Positions 44,575 through 61,717 of a stretch of DNA of 64,000 bases are shown here, in pieces. The DNA is from the human T2T-CHM13v2.0 reference genome, Homo sapiens, in assembly GCF_009914755.1 (NCBI RefSeq), contig NC_060932.1; one strand, 5' to 3'. Within the stretch, counting starts at the first letter, position 1; the number at the start of each line of letters is the position of its first letter. Under the pieces are notes generated by a model that was not told the origin of the DNA, searched no databases, and saw only the letters and a program-made list of their open reading frames with translations. Position numbers and translations under genes: made by a program.

Positions 44575-45089
44575 TAGGGTAATGGTGGAGCGAGAACAAA
44601 GGAAAAAACACAGAGGCTTTCCTGGCCTTCCTGTGCATGCCTCCCTGTGTTCAACTCATTTGCCAGCAATTGGAAGTTACTTTGCTGCCATTCATGTCAC
44701 ATTGATTACTACTGTGGCTGCCCCCATTTTCTCTGGAACCTTGGTCGCCCCTTTTAAGCATCTATTTAATTCAGGGAAGAGGAATCTTGATCTTCATTCA
44801 AGGGTGTCTTCTGCCTTCTTGGTGCCATCAATTCGGTTCTCCCAGTTACATGCAGCTCAGCACACGTTCTCACTCACACACATCTGCACACATAAGACCC
44901 ATATTGGCCTCTGCACTGCTGAAGCTGTTATTTTAAAGATCTCCAGTAATAACCACGAGTCTGTTGTGCAAAGTTCGGCAGATACAACGTCAGGACCACA
45001 GCAGGGTGGCGAGCAGGGGTCTTTCAGAGGAGGAGGGAGGGCTTCCTTTGTGGAGTGCTGGCCACTTCTGTTTCCTGTTCTCCCCCCAG

Positions 45090-45170
45090 ATCCTGATTCC
45101 GGCCCTGATGGTCACGGCGGAGAAGGACTTCGTGCTCGTTCCTCAGATGTCCCAGCACATGGAGGACTGG
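45090..45170 (+). CDS. EPHX2: EPHX2 exon 17 (81 nt), catalytic acid Asp496 (GAC 45126-45128)
   Basis: ccccag|ATCCTG...GACTGG|gtgagg; ILIPALMVTAEKDFVLVPQMSQHMEDW. Confidence 0.98.
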
Positions 45171-45526
45171 GTGAGGGAATGGCCCTGTACAAGGGTCATC
45201 AGTGCACCCCGGGAGAGGGCACGGGTGCTCAGAGGGAAGACGGCAGCAGAAGATACACCTTGTCATGTGGATAGGACCATGGTTGAAGCACATCATCAGT
45301 AACATCACTGTCCCCCCATTGCAAGCAGCAACCGTGACTGTACCTTCCTTTCCCCTGCATGGATGTGGGGTCTCATTCATTCATTATTCCCTTCCTAAAT
45401 CATGCAGGGTTTGGGCAGGGTGGCCTGCGGGGAGCAGAGAGAAGGCGTCCATTGCCCATTGCACTAGCTAGAGACACACCCATCTGCCTTCTTCCATTTA
45501 CCTTTCTGCCTGGGGTTTCCTTTCAG

Positions 45527-45585
45527 ATTCCCCACCTGAAAAGGGGACACATTGAGGACTGTGGGCACTGGACACAGATGGACAA
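45527..45585 (+). CDS. EPHX2: EPHX2 exon 18 (59 nt), catalytic His524 (CAC 45566-45568)
   Basis: tttcag|ATTCCC...GACAA|gtaagg; IPHLKRGHIEDCGHWTQMD(K). Confidence 0.98.
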
Positions 45586-45784
45586 GTAAGGAGGTTGGGG
45601 GCTCCTGGGGTCGGGGAGAGCAGGGCCCCCCGTTCACCTTCCATAAAAGCTTTCCTGGTTTCATTGTGCTGGCTTTGGCCTGGCTTAGCCACTCATGTCA
45701 CTCACCTCTGCCTTCGAGTTGGCTGGGTAGGTGCAGACAAGTGTGAATGGCTATTTTTTTCTTTTACTTCTCCCTTTCCCCCAG

Positions 45785-45863
45785 GCCAACCGAGGTGAAT
45801 CAGATCCTCATTAAGTGGCTGGATTCTGATGCCCGGAACCCACCGGTGGTCTCAAAGATGTAG
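45785..45863 (+). CDS. EPHX2: EPHX2 exon 19 coding part, ending in PTS1-like SKM and stop TAG
   Basis: ccccag|GCCAACC...AAGATGTAG; PTEVNQILIKWLDSDARNPPVVSKM*. Confidence 0.98.
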
Positions 45864-46265
45864 AACGCAGCGTGTGCCCACGCTCAGCAGGTGTGCCATC
45901 CTTCCACCTGCTGGGGCACCATTCTTAGTATACAGAGGTGGCCTTACACACATCTTGCATGGATGGCAGCATTGTTCTGAAGGGGTTTGCAGAAAAAAAA
46001 GATTTTCTTTACATAAAGTGAATCAAATTTGACATTATTTTAGATCCCAGAGAAATCAGGTGTGATTAGTTCTCCAGGCATGAATGCATCGTCCCTTTAT
46101 CTGTAAGAACCCTTAGTGTCCTGTAGGGGGACAGAATGGGGTGGCCAGGTGGTGATTTCTCTTTGACCAATGCATAGTTTGGCAGAAAAATCAGCCGTTC
46201 ATTTAGAAGAATCTTAGCAGAGATTGGGATGCCTTACTCAATAAAGCTAAGATGACTATGCTGCT
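45864..46265 (+). other. EPHX2: EPHX2 3' UTR (end approximate)
   Basis: Sequence between the stop codon and the expected cleavage zone ~15-25 nt after AATAAA. Confidence 0.85.
46240..46245 (+). terminator. EPHX2: EPHX2 polyadenylation signal AATAAA
   Basis: AATAAA followed ~20 nt later by a GU/U-rich tract (gctggctgtctttgttcttgg). Confidence 0.85.
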
Positions 46266-47422
46266 GGCTGTCTTTGTTCTTGGAGAGGTGGAGTGACTGT
46301 TCACGGAGAATGCACGGCATGGGGATGAACCCTTTCCCTCTGCTTTTGAGCCCTGTTCTGGGCTCCAAGGTGCTGTATGATCTAGGCCGTGCTGGCCAGG
46401 AGACAATCCTATGGGGATGGCAGTGGTGTCTTGTGCTCTGTCCCCTAGAGCAGTCACTGGCCACAGGTAGCCACCTGCCTTTCTCCCGGCTTCCCTAGCA
46501 GAGTTTGCTCAGGCACAAATGTGCACCTGGAGCATTTGAAATGTGCTAGTGAGGCTGAGGAAGAGAATTTTAAATTTCATTGAATTGTAATCAGTTTAAA
46601 GTTAAATAGCAGCAGCTGCCATGAGGCTCAGGCAGATCCAGCTCATCTTCCCCTCTGCCCCCTCCTCCCTATCTTCCCCTCTACCCTCTCCTGCCTCCTG
46701 TCACATCCGGTTAGGCTCCCATCTCACTGATGTGTCTCCTGCAGTGGTCTCTCCCCTGCCCTGCTTCCAGCCCCAGAGTCCTGGAGCAGCAGCCTCCTCA
46801 CGGGTCTTGCCGCCCACATGGTTGGATCCTGAAACTCGCAGGGCCTCCCCCAACTGCCCCTGCCCACCCCCAGCCCGGCCCCATCACCCTCCAATTCCTA
46901 ACCGCCCTCCAGCAGCACACTTGCAGGTGCTGATCCTCCTTGACCCTCTGCCTAACTTACCCATTCTTTGCCTGGAATATTCCTCCTGCCACCTCCTCCA
47001 AGCCCATAGGCTGGGTTCCGAGCCCTTTCTGCCTGCCCCCCTTGCATGGTTATCGGGCTCACAGATGCACGCACAATGGCCTCGCTGCTTGCGAGAGAAA
47101 GTGGTCCCTCCAAGCTGAGTTTGGCATGATGACGGGCATGAGTTGGCCAGGTCACAAGAGCCTGAGTATCTGTGTATAGGGAGAAAGCCAGGAGAGGTTT
47201 GAAATGGAGGCTGCTGGCATTTCTTCACTGCCCTAGTGCACCTGGAGTCTTCCATGCACCACCTCTGATCCTTCCAGAGAGTCCTTCCCATTTAACCGAG
47301 AGGGAAACTGAGGTTCAGATAATTTGCCCAGGACTGCTTGGCTAGATGGGGGCAGAGCCTGGATTCAGAAGCAGGCTTTCTGGCTCCTAAGGCTGAGCTT
47401 TTTCTACAAAAAAATGTTCTCG

Positions 47423-47487
47423 TCGCGCCACTGCACTCCAGCCTGGGCAACAGATTGAGACTCCGACTCAAAAAAAAAAAAAAAAAG
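47423..47487 (+). mobile_element. Severely 5'-truncated Alu with A tail
   Basis: tcgcgccactgcactccagcctgggcaacag followed by an A-run; gttctc repeated at both flanks. Confidence 0.75.
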
Positions 47488-48140
47488 AGAAGTTCTCCTT
47501 TCTAAATCTGGAGCCAGACCACCTAGGTTAGGCCTCCGGTCAGCTGCATACTCGCCTTGTGACCTTGAAAAAGGATATCTGTGCCCCAGTTCCCTCATCT
47601 ATAAAAAAGGGGACGTTAGTAGGACCTAACTCATGGGTGGTTGTATCAAGTATGTTAATAATATGCACAGAGTTCTAGAACAGTGCTTGGCATGGAGGAA
47701 GTGCTATGGAAGTATCAGCTATAAGATTTCCAGTTTGTCTTAGGACAAGACCTCTAAGGGCTTTCCATTTCCAGCCATGCCACCACCATCTCAATCTTTT
47801 GCATCTGAGAATTAAAGGGCTAATTTAAAGGCAATCATGAGGACTGGGGGAAAGGCTTACACCAGATCACATTATTTTCCTAACTGGGTGTATTCAAGCT
47901 CATTTGTAAGGGAGCAGTTGGGGGAAAGGAAATAATCAAAACCTAAAAGCGTCCTTTACTGGAAGGAGCACAAACAGCAAACCTGTCTTCCCGAAAGTCT
48001 CGCTTTTAATATTCTATCCAGTCATCTCCATCAGCCATCAAAAAGGCCTCAGAAATTCTGCTCCTTTGGCAAGTAAGAGTTGAATAACTCCATTCCATAG
48101 CATTGCCAGAAAATATAACTGGTTATACAAGATTGAGGGC

Positions 48141-48526
48141 TGTATCGGTCTGTTCTCCCATTGCCATAACGAACTACCGGAGACTGGCTACTTTATAAAG
48201 AAAAGAGGTTTAATTGGCTCACGGTTCTGCAGGCTTTACAGAAAGCATGGCTGGGGAGGCTCCAGAAAACTTACAATCATGGCAGACGGTGAAGGGGAAG
48301 CAGGCACATCCTACGTGTCTAGAACAGGAGGGAGAGAGAAAGAGAAGGGGGAGGTGCTACACACTTTTATAAACAACCAGATCTCATGGGAACTCACCAT
48401 CACGAGAACAGCAAGGGGGAAATCCGCCCCCAAGATCCAGTCACTGCCCACCAGGCCCCACTTCCAACATCGTGGATTACAATTTGACGTGAGATTTGGG
48501 TGGGGACAGAAATCCAAACCGTATCA
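48141..48526 (-). mobile_element. MaLR LTR (MST-like)
   Basis: tgtatcggtctgttctcccattgcc...atttgggtggggacagaaatccaaaccgtatca. Confidence 0.78.
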
Positions 48527-50017
48527 AGGGCCATAAAGGACAGTGGACTGGAAGAGGTCTTTAGGTTTTTCAAGAAGATAGTGGAATGTCCAGGGCTATG
48601 TTTCCTGGTCTGCTTTGAGGACCTTTGGGCCACACGTCAACTGTTGCAGTGGTGGTATCAGGGCATTCCCTGGAACAATCAGGGAAGATTTTCAGATGCC
48701 ATTTTAAGTACAAATGGCAAGGAGTGTGTTCAAAATGATTTAATTATAAAATGCTATATTTTGGGATTGAATTTAATTTGTAATTAACATACTAGTACAT
48801 ATTCATGGGGTACATAGTGATGTTTTGATACATATAATGTGTAGCAATCAGATCAGGGTAATTACACATGTCATCTCAAACATTTATCGTTTTTGTATTG
48901 AGGACATTTAATAACCTCCTTCTGGCTATTTAAAACAATGTATCATTGTTGACTGTAGTCATTGCTCAGTGCTATACAACGCTAGAACTTACTCCTCCCA
49001 TCTAGCTGGAATTTGACATTCCTTAAATCCCTCCCTATCCCCCACCTCTTCCCCAACCCTTCCCAGCCTCCTATCCTCCATTCTACTTTTTACTTCTAGG
49101 AAATGAATTTTTTTTTAGCTTCTGCATGTGAGTGAGAACATGTGGTGTTTCACTTTCTGTTTCTGGCTTATTTCACTTAACAGAATGCTCTCCATTTCCA
49201 TCCGCGTTGCTGCGAGAGACAAGATTTCATTCTTTTTTTGTGGCTGAATAGTAAAAATATGTTATTTTTATTTCATGATTACAAAGGGAATAGATTACAA
49301 GTATATTCCCCTCTGCTAAAAGAAATCGGCCCTTAAAAAAGAGGTCCAGCAGTCTTCATATTCTCTCTCACACCCTCCAGCAGTGGGTTGTGCTGCTCCG
49401 GGGAGGAGGCTGAGATCACTCACATATTCTGTCAAGGAAAGACCACTTAGTGGCTGTCAATTAGCAACATCCAAGGTTTCCAGGAGACCCGTCTTCTAAA
49501 AAGTGAGTCTATTAGACTAGACAGGACAAAAAGCTATTTCTGTCTGTCTTGGGGTATAGGGAACCCACGGTTTTAGACCTTGACATGACTGTCCACCAGT
49601 TTCCGTGTCGTTCACAGCCACATTACCATCAATACAAATTAAAAGCAAACAATGGTTAAAATATCTAGGTCAGAGGCTCAAAGGGTTTTTTTCCAACAGG
49701 AATTGGGTGACAAATATTATGCCTCACTGTTCAAAGGACTCCATCTGGCCACAAATGATAAAATACTTTCTTGCCTGAGCAATTGTAAAGTGTCAACTCC
49801 TGCACCCAAATGTGTAACTGTCTGTCTCCCTGTTAGACTGTGAGGGCCCTGAGATCGGGGGCTGCCTGTCTAAGTAATTCGTCCTGAAACCCAACCCAGC
49901 ACTGGCCTGGCATATGTAAAATGCTCATTAGACGTTTGCTGAATAAATTGGAGAGTATATGCACAAATGGATGAATGGACAAATGCATTAGTTTCAAGTT
50001 AAAATAATTAAAATTTG

Positions 50018-50312
50018 ATCGGGCATGGTGGCTCACATCTGTAATCCCAGCAATTTGGGAGGCCGAGGCGGGCGGATCACCTGAGGTCAGGGGTTCAAGA
50101 CCAGCCCAGCTAATATGGCAAAACCCCATCTCTACTACAAATACAAAATTAGCTAGGTGTGGTGGTGGGCACCTGTAATCTCTGCTACTTGGGAGGCTGA
50201 GGCAGAAGAATCGCTTGAACCCAGAGGCGGAGGTTGCAGTGAACCAAGATCATGCCATTGCACTCCAGCCTGGGCGACAAGAGGGAAATTCCATCTCTAT
50301 AAATAAATAAAT
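50018..50312 (+). mobile_element. AluS-like element
   Basis: Full dimer with (TAAA)n tail. Confidence 0.88.
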
Positions 50313-50955
50313 AGCCTAATGTCCTCGAGGTTCATTCATGTTGTCGCATGTGTTGGAATTTTCTTTCTTTTTAAGGCCAAATAATATTCCATTGTATGTA
50401 TAGACCACGTTTTGTTTACCTACTCATTCAGCAATGGGCACTTGGATGGCTTCCATATTTTGGCTATTATGAATAATGCTCTGAGCATCAGTGTACACAT
50501 ATCTCTTTAGGGCTCTGAATTCAGTCCTTTTGGGTATATATCAAAAAATGGAATGGCTAGATTATATTGTAATTTCTATGTTTAATATTTTGAAGAACCA
50601 CCAGATGGTTTTCCATAGCTGGTTTCCATTTTCTGTTTTTTTAATATATAGAATGGCCATGTGATGTCCCATGATGGTTTTATTTGAATTTCCCTAATGA
50701 TTAGTGATGTTGAATATCTTTCCTTTTTTTAAATTTATTTATTATTATTATACTTTAAGTTTTAGGGTACATGTGCACAATGTGCAGGTTAGTTACATAT
50801 GTATGTATACATGTGCCATGCTGGTGTGCTGCACCCACTAACTCGTCATCTAGCATTAGGTATATCTCCCAATGCTATTCCTCCCCTCTCCCCCCACCCC
50901 ACAATAGTCCCCAGAGTGTGATGTTCCCCTTCCTGTGTCCATGTGTTCTCATTGT

Positions 50956-54800
<3,845 letters not shown>

Positions 54801-54848
54801 TTATTTTGCTCCTTAGTTGATGCAGTTTCTTCCTAGTCTCGATGGTCT

Positions 54849-55865
54849 TTACATTTTGGCATGATTTTGCAGCGGCTGGTACCGGTTGTTCCTTTCCATG
54901 TTCAGCGCTTCCTTCAGGAGCTCTTTTAGGGCAGGCCTGGTGGTGACGAAATCTGTCAGCATCTGCTTGTCTGTAAAGTATTTTATTTCTCTTTCACTTA
55001 TGAAGCTTAGTTTGGCTGGATATGAAATTATGGGTTGAAAATTCTTTTCTTTAAGAATGTTGAATATTGGCCCCCACTCTCTTCTGGCTTGTAGAGTTTC
55101 TGCCGAGAGATCCGCTGTTAGTCTGATGGGCTTCCCTTTGAGGGTAACCCGACCTTTCTCTCTGGCTGCCCTTAACATTTTTTCCTTCATTTCAACTTTG
55201 GTGAATCTAACAATTATGTGTCTTGGAGTTGCTCTTCTCGAGGAGTATCTTTGTGGCGTTCTCTGTATTTCCTGAATCTGAATGTTGGCCTGCCTTGCTA
55301 GATTGGGGAAGTTCTCCTGGATAATATCCTGCAGAGTGTTTTCCAACTTGGTTCCATTCTCCTCGTCACTTTCAGGTGCACCAATCAGCCGTAGATTTGG
55401 TCTTTTCACATAGTCCCATATTTCTTGGAGGCTTTGCTCGTTTCTTTTTATTCTTTTCTCTCTAAACTTCCCTTCTTGCTTCACTTCATTCATTTCATCT
55501 TCCATCGCTGATACCCTTTCTTCCAGTTGATCGCATCGGCTCCTGAGGCTTCTGCATTCTTCACGTAGTTCTCAAGCCTTGGTTTTCAGCTCCATCAGCT
55601 CCTTTAAGCACTTCTCTGTATTGGTTATTCTAGTTATATATTCTTCTAAATTTTTTTCAAAGTTTTCAACTTCTTTGCCTTTGGTTTGAATGTCCTCCCG
55701 TAGCTCGGAGTAATTTGATCATCTGAAGCCTTCTTCTCTCAGCTCGTCAAAGTCATTCTCCATCCAGCTTTGTTCTGTTGCTGGTGAGGAACTGCGTTCC
55801 TTTGTAGGAGCAGAGGTGCTCTGCTTTTTAGAGTTTCCAGTTTTTCTACTCTGTTTTTTCCCCAT
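54849..55865 (-). pseudogene. L1 ORF1p, disrupted by two CGA>TGA nonsense codons (codons 49 and 98)
   Basis: ATG at 55865, 1017-nt span; in-frame TGA at 55719-55721 and 55572-55574; remaining ORF reads ...LQEIWDYVKRPNLRLIG...ARREWG...YPAKLS. Confidence 0.92.
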
Positions 55866-56778
55866 CTTTGTGGTTTTATCTACTTTTGGTCTTTAATGAT
55901 GGTGATGAACAGATGGGTTTTGGTGTGGATGTCCTTTCTGTTTGTTAGTTTTCCTTCTAACAGACAGGACCCTCAGCTGCAGGTCTGTTGGAGTACCCGG
56001 CCGTGTGAGGTGTCAGTCTGCCCCTGCTGGGGGGTGCCTCCTAGTTAGGCTGCTCGGGGGTCGGGGGTCAGGGGTCAGGGACCCACTTGAGGAGGCAGTC
56101 TGCCCGTTCTCAGATCTCCAGCTGCGTGCTGGGAGAACCACTTCTCTCTTCAAAGCTGTCAGACAGGGACATTTAAGTCTGCAGAGGTTACTGCTGTCTT
56201 TTTGTTTGTCTGTGCCCTGCCCCCAGAGGTGGAGCCTACAGAGGCAGGCAGGCCTCCTTGAGCTGTGGTGGGCTCCACCCAGTTCAAGCTTCCCGGCTGC
56301 TTTGTTTACCTAAGCAAGCCTGGGCAATGGCGGGCACCCCTCCCCTAGCCTCGCTGCCGCCTTGCAGTTTGATCTCAGACTGCTGTGCTAGCAATCAGCG
56401 AGACTCCGTGGGTGTAGGACCCTCCGAGCCATGTGCGGGATATAATCTCCTGTTGTGCTGTTTTTTAAGCCCGTTGGAAAAGCGCAGTATTCGGGTGGGA
56501 GTGACCCGATTTTCCAGGTGCCATCTGTCACCCCTTTCTTTGTCTAGGAAAGGGAACTCCCTGACCCCTTGCGCTTCCCGAGTGAGGCAATGCCTCGCCC
56601 TGCTTCGGCTCACGCACGGTGCACGCACCCACTGACCTGCGCCCACTGTCTGGCACTCCCTAGTGAGATGAACCCGGTACCTCAGATGGAAATGCAGAAA
56701 TCACCTGTCTTCTGCATCGCTCACCCTGGGAGCTGTAGACCGGAGGTCTTCCTATTTGGCCATCTTGGCTCCTCCCCC
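55866..56778. promoter_or_regulatory. L1 5'UTR bidirectional promoter (sense on - strand, antisense on + strand); YY1 motif at 56758-56768
   Basis: Full-length CpG-containing 5'UTR with intact CCAAGATGGCC YY1 site on the - strand. Confidence 0.7.
56327..56635 (+). CDS. L1 antisense ORF0 homologue, open for 102 codons (expression unknown)
   Basis: MAGTPPLASLPPCSLISDCCASNQRDSVGVGPSEP...IRVGVTRFSRC matches the primate L1 ORF0 N-terminus; ATG context gcaATGG. Confidence 0.6.
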   Translation: MAGTPPLASLPPCSLISDCCASNQRDSVGVGPSEPCAGYNLLLCCFLSPLEKRSIRVGVTRFSRCHLSPLSLSRKGNSLTPCASRVRQCLALLRLTHGARTH

Positions 56779-56971
56779 GATGTAGAATATCTTTCATGTG
56801 CTTATTGACCATCTATATATATCTTTGAAATGTCCATTCAAGCCCTTTGTCTATTTTTTGTTGGGTTGTTTTGTGTTGTTGTTGAATGTTAAATCTTGTA
56901 TATTCTGGATATTTATCCCTTATAAGATATATGATTTGCAAATATACTCTCCCATTCTGTGGGTTAGATTG

Positions 56972-57939
<968 letters not shown>

Positions 57940-58833
57940 TGAAAGTATTAAGGGACAAATACATATTCATCCTCTTTATCAATTATCTTGGATTCAGATG
58001 GTAAAGGAAGTCTGAAGTACTTTAGGCAGCCTCGTCTACTTTGTCTCACATGTGCTGAAGGAACGTTATGCCCTGTGTTGTATTTTAAAGGGAACATGCT
58101 GGTGGAATGAGGCAAGGAAGAGAGACCTGCAGACCAGAAATGATTAAACACCCTTCACAATGTCCACAGTAAGGACACGGGTGTTTCACAGAAATGTGTT
58201 AGGTTCCCAGGTACAAATGGTGTATTAAGGAGCGCATTCTCAATGATTAACAAGTCTGGGAGGGGAAAAGATCTAAAAACAAGCCCTTCGGTGACCACTA
58301 AGGCAGCAACATTCATTTTCCTTGCCAAGAAATGTTTGTAAAAGTTAAGACTCAGCAAGTCCAGAACAGGCTAAGTCCTTCAGGCAAGAGGAAATAAATA
58401 ACCCCTCGATCACAATCATGGGACGGTGGCAACACAGATCGAATGAACTGATTCACGTGATTTTTGCTGAGTTTCATATTCTCATGTAATTTTATTTTTT
58501 TCAATAAAGGCAGTTTATAAAATTGATGTGCTTGGCTTAGGGCGGGGGTAGGAGCATTCCATCCAAGGGCAGTAATGCCAGGTGAAGAAAGGAAACCTCC
58601 TGCATGGATCCAGGCTCTGGAAATTTCAGGGGAGAAGGGCAGAAAGTCCACAAGGGTCCCAGGGCTGTGGACTAGATCAGGCCCACTCACACCCCCCAAC
58701 ACTAGGCTCAAAATGTAGTCAAGAAAAAAGGAGCACTTGGACTGGACTATAGCTGAAAGGGGAATTTGTGGGTGGAGAGGAGAATGTACTTTCCTTAAAA
58801 TTGTAAGGACAGGGTTTGAGAAGGAAGTGGGGA

Positions 58834-59292
58834 GTTAGAAAAGAAAATAACTTTTATCTGAGGAACACAATCCTTTTAATGGCCAGGCCCAAAGAGACAT
58901 TAAAACGATATAGCAATCATGCCCTCCTCCCGGCTTTGAGCTCTGTCTCCATCTCTTGAAGCTGCTTGCTTCTGCCACAAGTACTTATAAATTAACCTAA
59001 CGGTGCCACACTGGACACTCCGACCCATACCCTATAGCTTAACAACGTCTAGCTATTAGCTAACTAATCAGTGTTATTTCTGTAAAGCAAAGAGAAATCC
59101 TGACAATTTTGTATCAGTCCACTCCCTGTCCCCCTTTTTTGCCTTGAAAGTCCATCTGTAACTGCTGCTAATCAGAGTGTCTATTCAGGGCAACTTGAAT
59201 CTATGCTCCCAGGTTGCAATTTGCAAGCTTGGCCCAAATAAACTCTCTACTCAGATTAATTTCGCTGCAGCTTCTTTCCTTTAGGGTCTGCA
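58834..59292 (+). mobile_element. ERV1 (MER4-group-like) LTR
   Basis: aaataacttttatctgagg...ccaaataaactctctac...ttcttttcctttagg-type U5 end. Confidence 0.55.
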
Positions 59293-59719
59293 GAAGCAAG
59301 TCCTTGGTTTAGGGTGATACCAGGCTACACCTCTGCATGCCCTCCCCGCTTGCCAGGCGCCTCTCTGTCCCCAGGACTTGATACCAGTCAGTCCTTGTGT
59401 TGGCCACAGCCCCTGGGCCCCTTGCAGAGCTTTGGGACAGTGAGTGTGGAGAAGGGACAGCTGCTAACCTGACAGCTGCTTTCTCCAGTCTCAGCCCCAA
59501 GGCCCCCCCAACCCCAAGCCCTGCCTTTTCCAGCAGGGAGTCTGCGGTCCTGCGGGGATCTCTGCCCCTGGGCCATGGAGCTGGCAGTTCTGGGGCCCTG
59601 CAGGCCCTGCCCCTTCCTCAGGGACAGCCCCAAGTGCGCAGACGCAAAGGGAAGAGTCCTGGCCTTGCCCTATTCTCTCCTGAGGCCCTGACCCCAGGCT
59701 CTCCGGCTCGCAGACACGA

Positions 59720-59965
59720 TCTGCTATGGCTGCCATAACAAAGTCCCACAGATCAGGTAACTTAAACAGACGTTTGTGTTCTCACAGTTCTGGAGGCTGG
59801 AAGGCTGGGATGAAGGCATCAGCAGGGCTGGTGCCTTCTGAGGCCTCTCTCCTCGGCTTGTAGACAGCCACCTTCTCCCTGAGTCTCCTTCTCATGGTCT
59901 TCCTCCGTGTGTGTGTCCTGAGCTCTTCTTATGAGGAGACCAGTCACATTGGACAAGGGCCCTAC
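59720..59965 (-). mobile_element. MLT1 LTR fragment
   Basis: ggctgccataacaaagtcccacaga...ctcacagttctggaggctggaagg. Confidence 0.7.
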
Positions 59966-61622
59966 CATCTGTGCTACAGCCACCAATATCCTGTCCTGTC
60001 TCCATAACAGTGGAGCGGGGGCTTGGCTTGGTCACCCCCCAGGTCTGGCAAGGGAACGAACACCCACAGGGACCCAGGCTTCAGCTGCACAGGCCTGTGC
60101 CCTCCTCCAGCCCAGGGTGCTGTGGCAGCCCCACATCAAGACCCCCCAGCACCCCCAACATCACAGCCTCCCCTGATCTATGATGCTAAGTACCTAGTTA
60201 GAGGCTGGGGGTGTGTCATTTGGCTCCAGAATCCCTAGGATTGGGGTCAGAGTTCAGAGAGCTAAACCCTGCCCTCCCACCTTCCCTCAGAGAGGGAGCC
60301 CAGGGCGGGAGGCAGACCTGAGCATCTGTTTGTTTATGGCCTTAATCCTGCCTGAGTGGAACCTGTCAATGCTGCTCACTTGCCTCTTGCCAGAGCCCCC
60401 TCTCCACTTCTCAGGAGCAAGAGCAGTGAGCAGGGCCCCGAAAGATAGACTCACCATGACAAATACAGAAAGGTGCAAGGTGGCATTTAGCTGACTTTAC
60501 AGATGAGGAACTAAGGATCAGAGAGGGTGAGTGATTTGCCTGGGGTCGCAGAGCCAATCAGCAGCAGGGCTGGGCACAGACTCAGGACTGATGCCAACTC
60601 TGTGCTCAGTTACTGTCCATGCAATTGAGCCAGTACCTGGTGAGTGCCCCCAGGTGCCTGCCAGCGAGTCAGGGTGCCGGACAGGTGTGCTGCATGTTAC
60701 TCCCATTCTCACCTGCTGGGGCCAGCTTCCCTCAGCTGTAATTTTTGCCAGATAATCTCCCCTTCCTCTATGCCTGCTAGAAAGGCTCTGGGATTCTCTC
60801 TGCTATTTCCTTATTTGCTCAGGCTGATGGTCTCTAACTTGTAGAAAACGTCTCAGCTGAGACATCAGTCATGGTGGTAATGAACTCTGATTGCTAATTA
60901 GTGAGGATTGGGCTCCAGCAATCGATTTCACCGAGCTCTGTGCCCCGGGTCCATGGAATGCGCTTGTGCTTTGGAGTCAGACAGATGTGCCTTCTCATCT
61001 CAGTTCCACCACTGATGTTTGTGTGACCTTGGGCAAGTGATTTCAAGTCCCAGACCTCAGTCCCCTCCCTGTAAAGTGGAGAGACCATTCCCACAGCCCA
61101 GGGCTGCCATGGGGATCTCATGACATAGTACCCTTGTCCATATGGCAGGCACCAAACAGACAGTACGTCTCTTCCTCTCCCTTCCAGCTCTTAGTCTTTG
61201 CCTAGGTCCTCACACCTCCCAGGGTGAGAATAAGTGGAGAATTTGAAGTCCATCTAGCAAAGTCAAGACCCTATGGGAGTACGCCCTCTTTGGTTGGTGA
61301 CTTTGTGCAACTACACAAAGCAATCCTGGCTTCCCAGTCTGGGCGGTGGTGGGAGCACAGGGGTGGAGGAATGCTAGACCCAGCTCAGCCCAGTGAACTT
61401 GGGCCAGTCTCTCCTCCTCCCTGTGCCTCATCTTCACCTTCGAACAGAAGGCATTACCCAGAATATTCCTAAAGCTCCAGCACTCTCAGGCTCCTGCAGA
61501 GGACGTGGCTCAAGCTGACCCCAGGCTGGGACAGACCCACTTATGCTCCCAAGAAGCTTGGCAGCAGGAGTGAGGGCTGGGCAACCACCTGGCTCCTCCC
61601 GGCCTACACTGGTCTCTTGCAG

Positions 61623-61717
61623 GTGGATGAGGAGAAGAAGCAGGTGACCATGGAGGCTGGCATCCTCCTGGCCAACCTGCACCCACAGCTGGATGAGCAT
61701 GGCCTGGCCCTGTCCAG
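61623..61717 (+). pseudogene. GULOP: GULOP (L-gulonolactone oxidase pseudogene) exon-4 remnant
   Basis: cttgcag|GTG GAT GAG GAG AAG AAG CAG...CTG TCC AG|gtaaga translates [31 protein letters not shown], matching recalled rodent GULO residues ~78-108 (VDKEKKQVTVEAGILLxDLHPQLDxHGLAxS); GULO lies 3' of EPHX2 in mammals. Confidence 0.93.

Noticed and set aside
45861-45980. Possible stop-codon readthrough extension of EPHX2
   Set aside because: TAG-AAC is not the leaky TGA-CTAG context, and the extension would end ...AALF, destroying rather than creating a PTS1.
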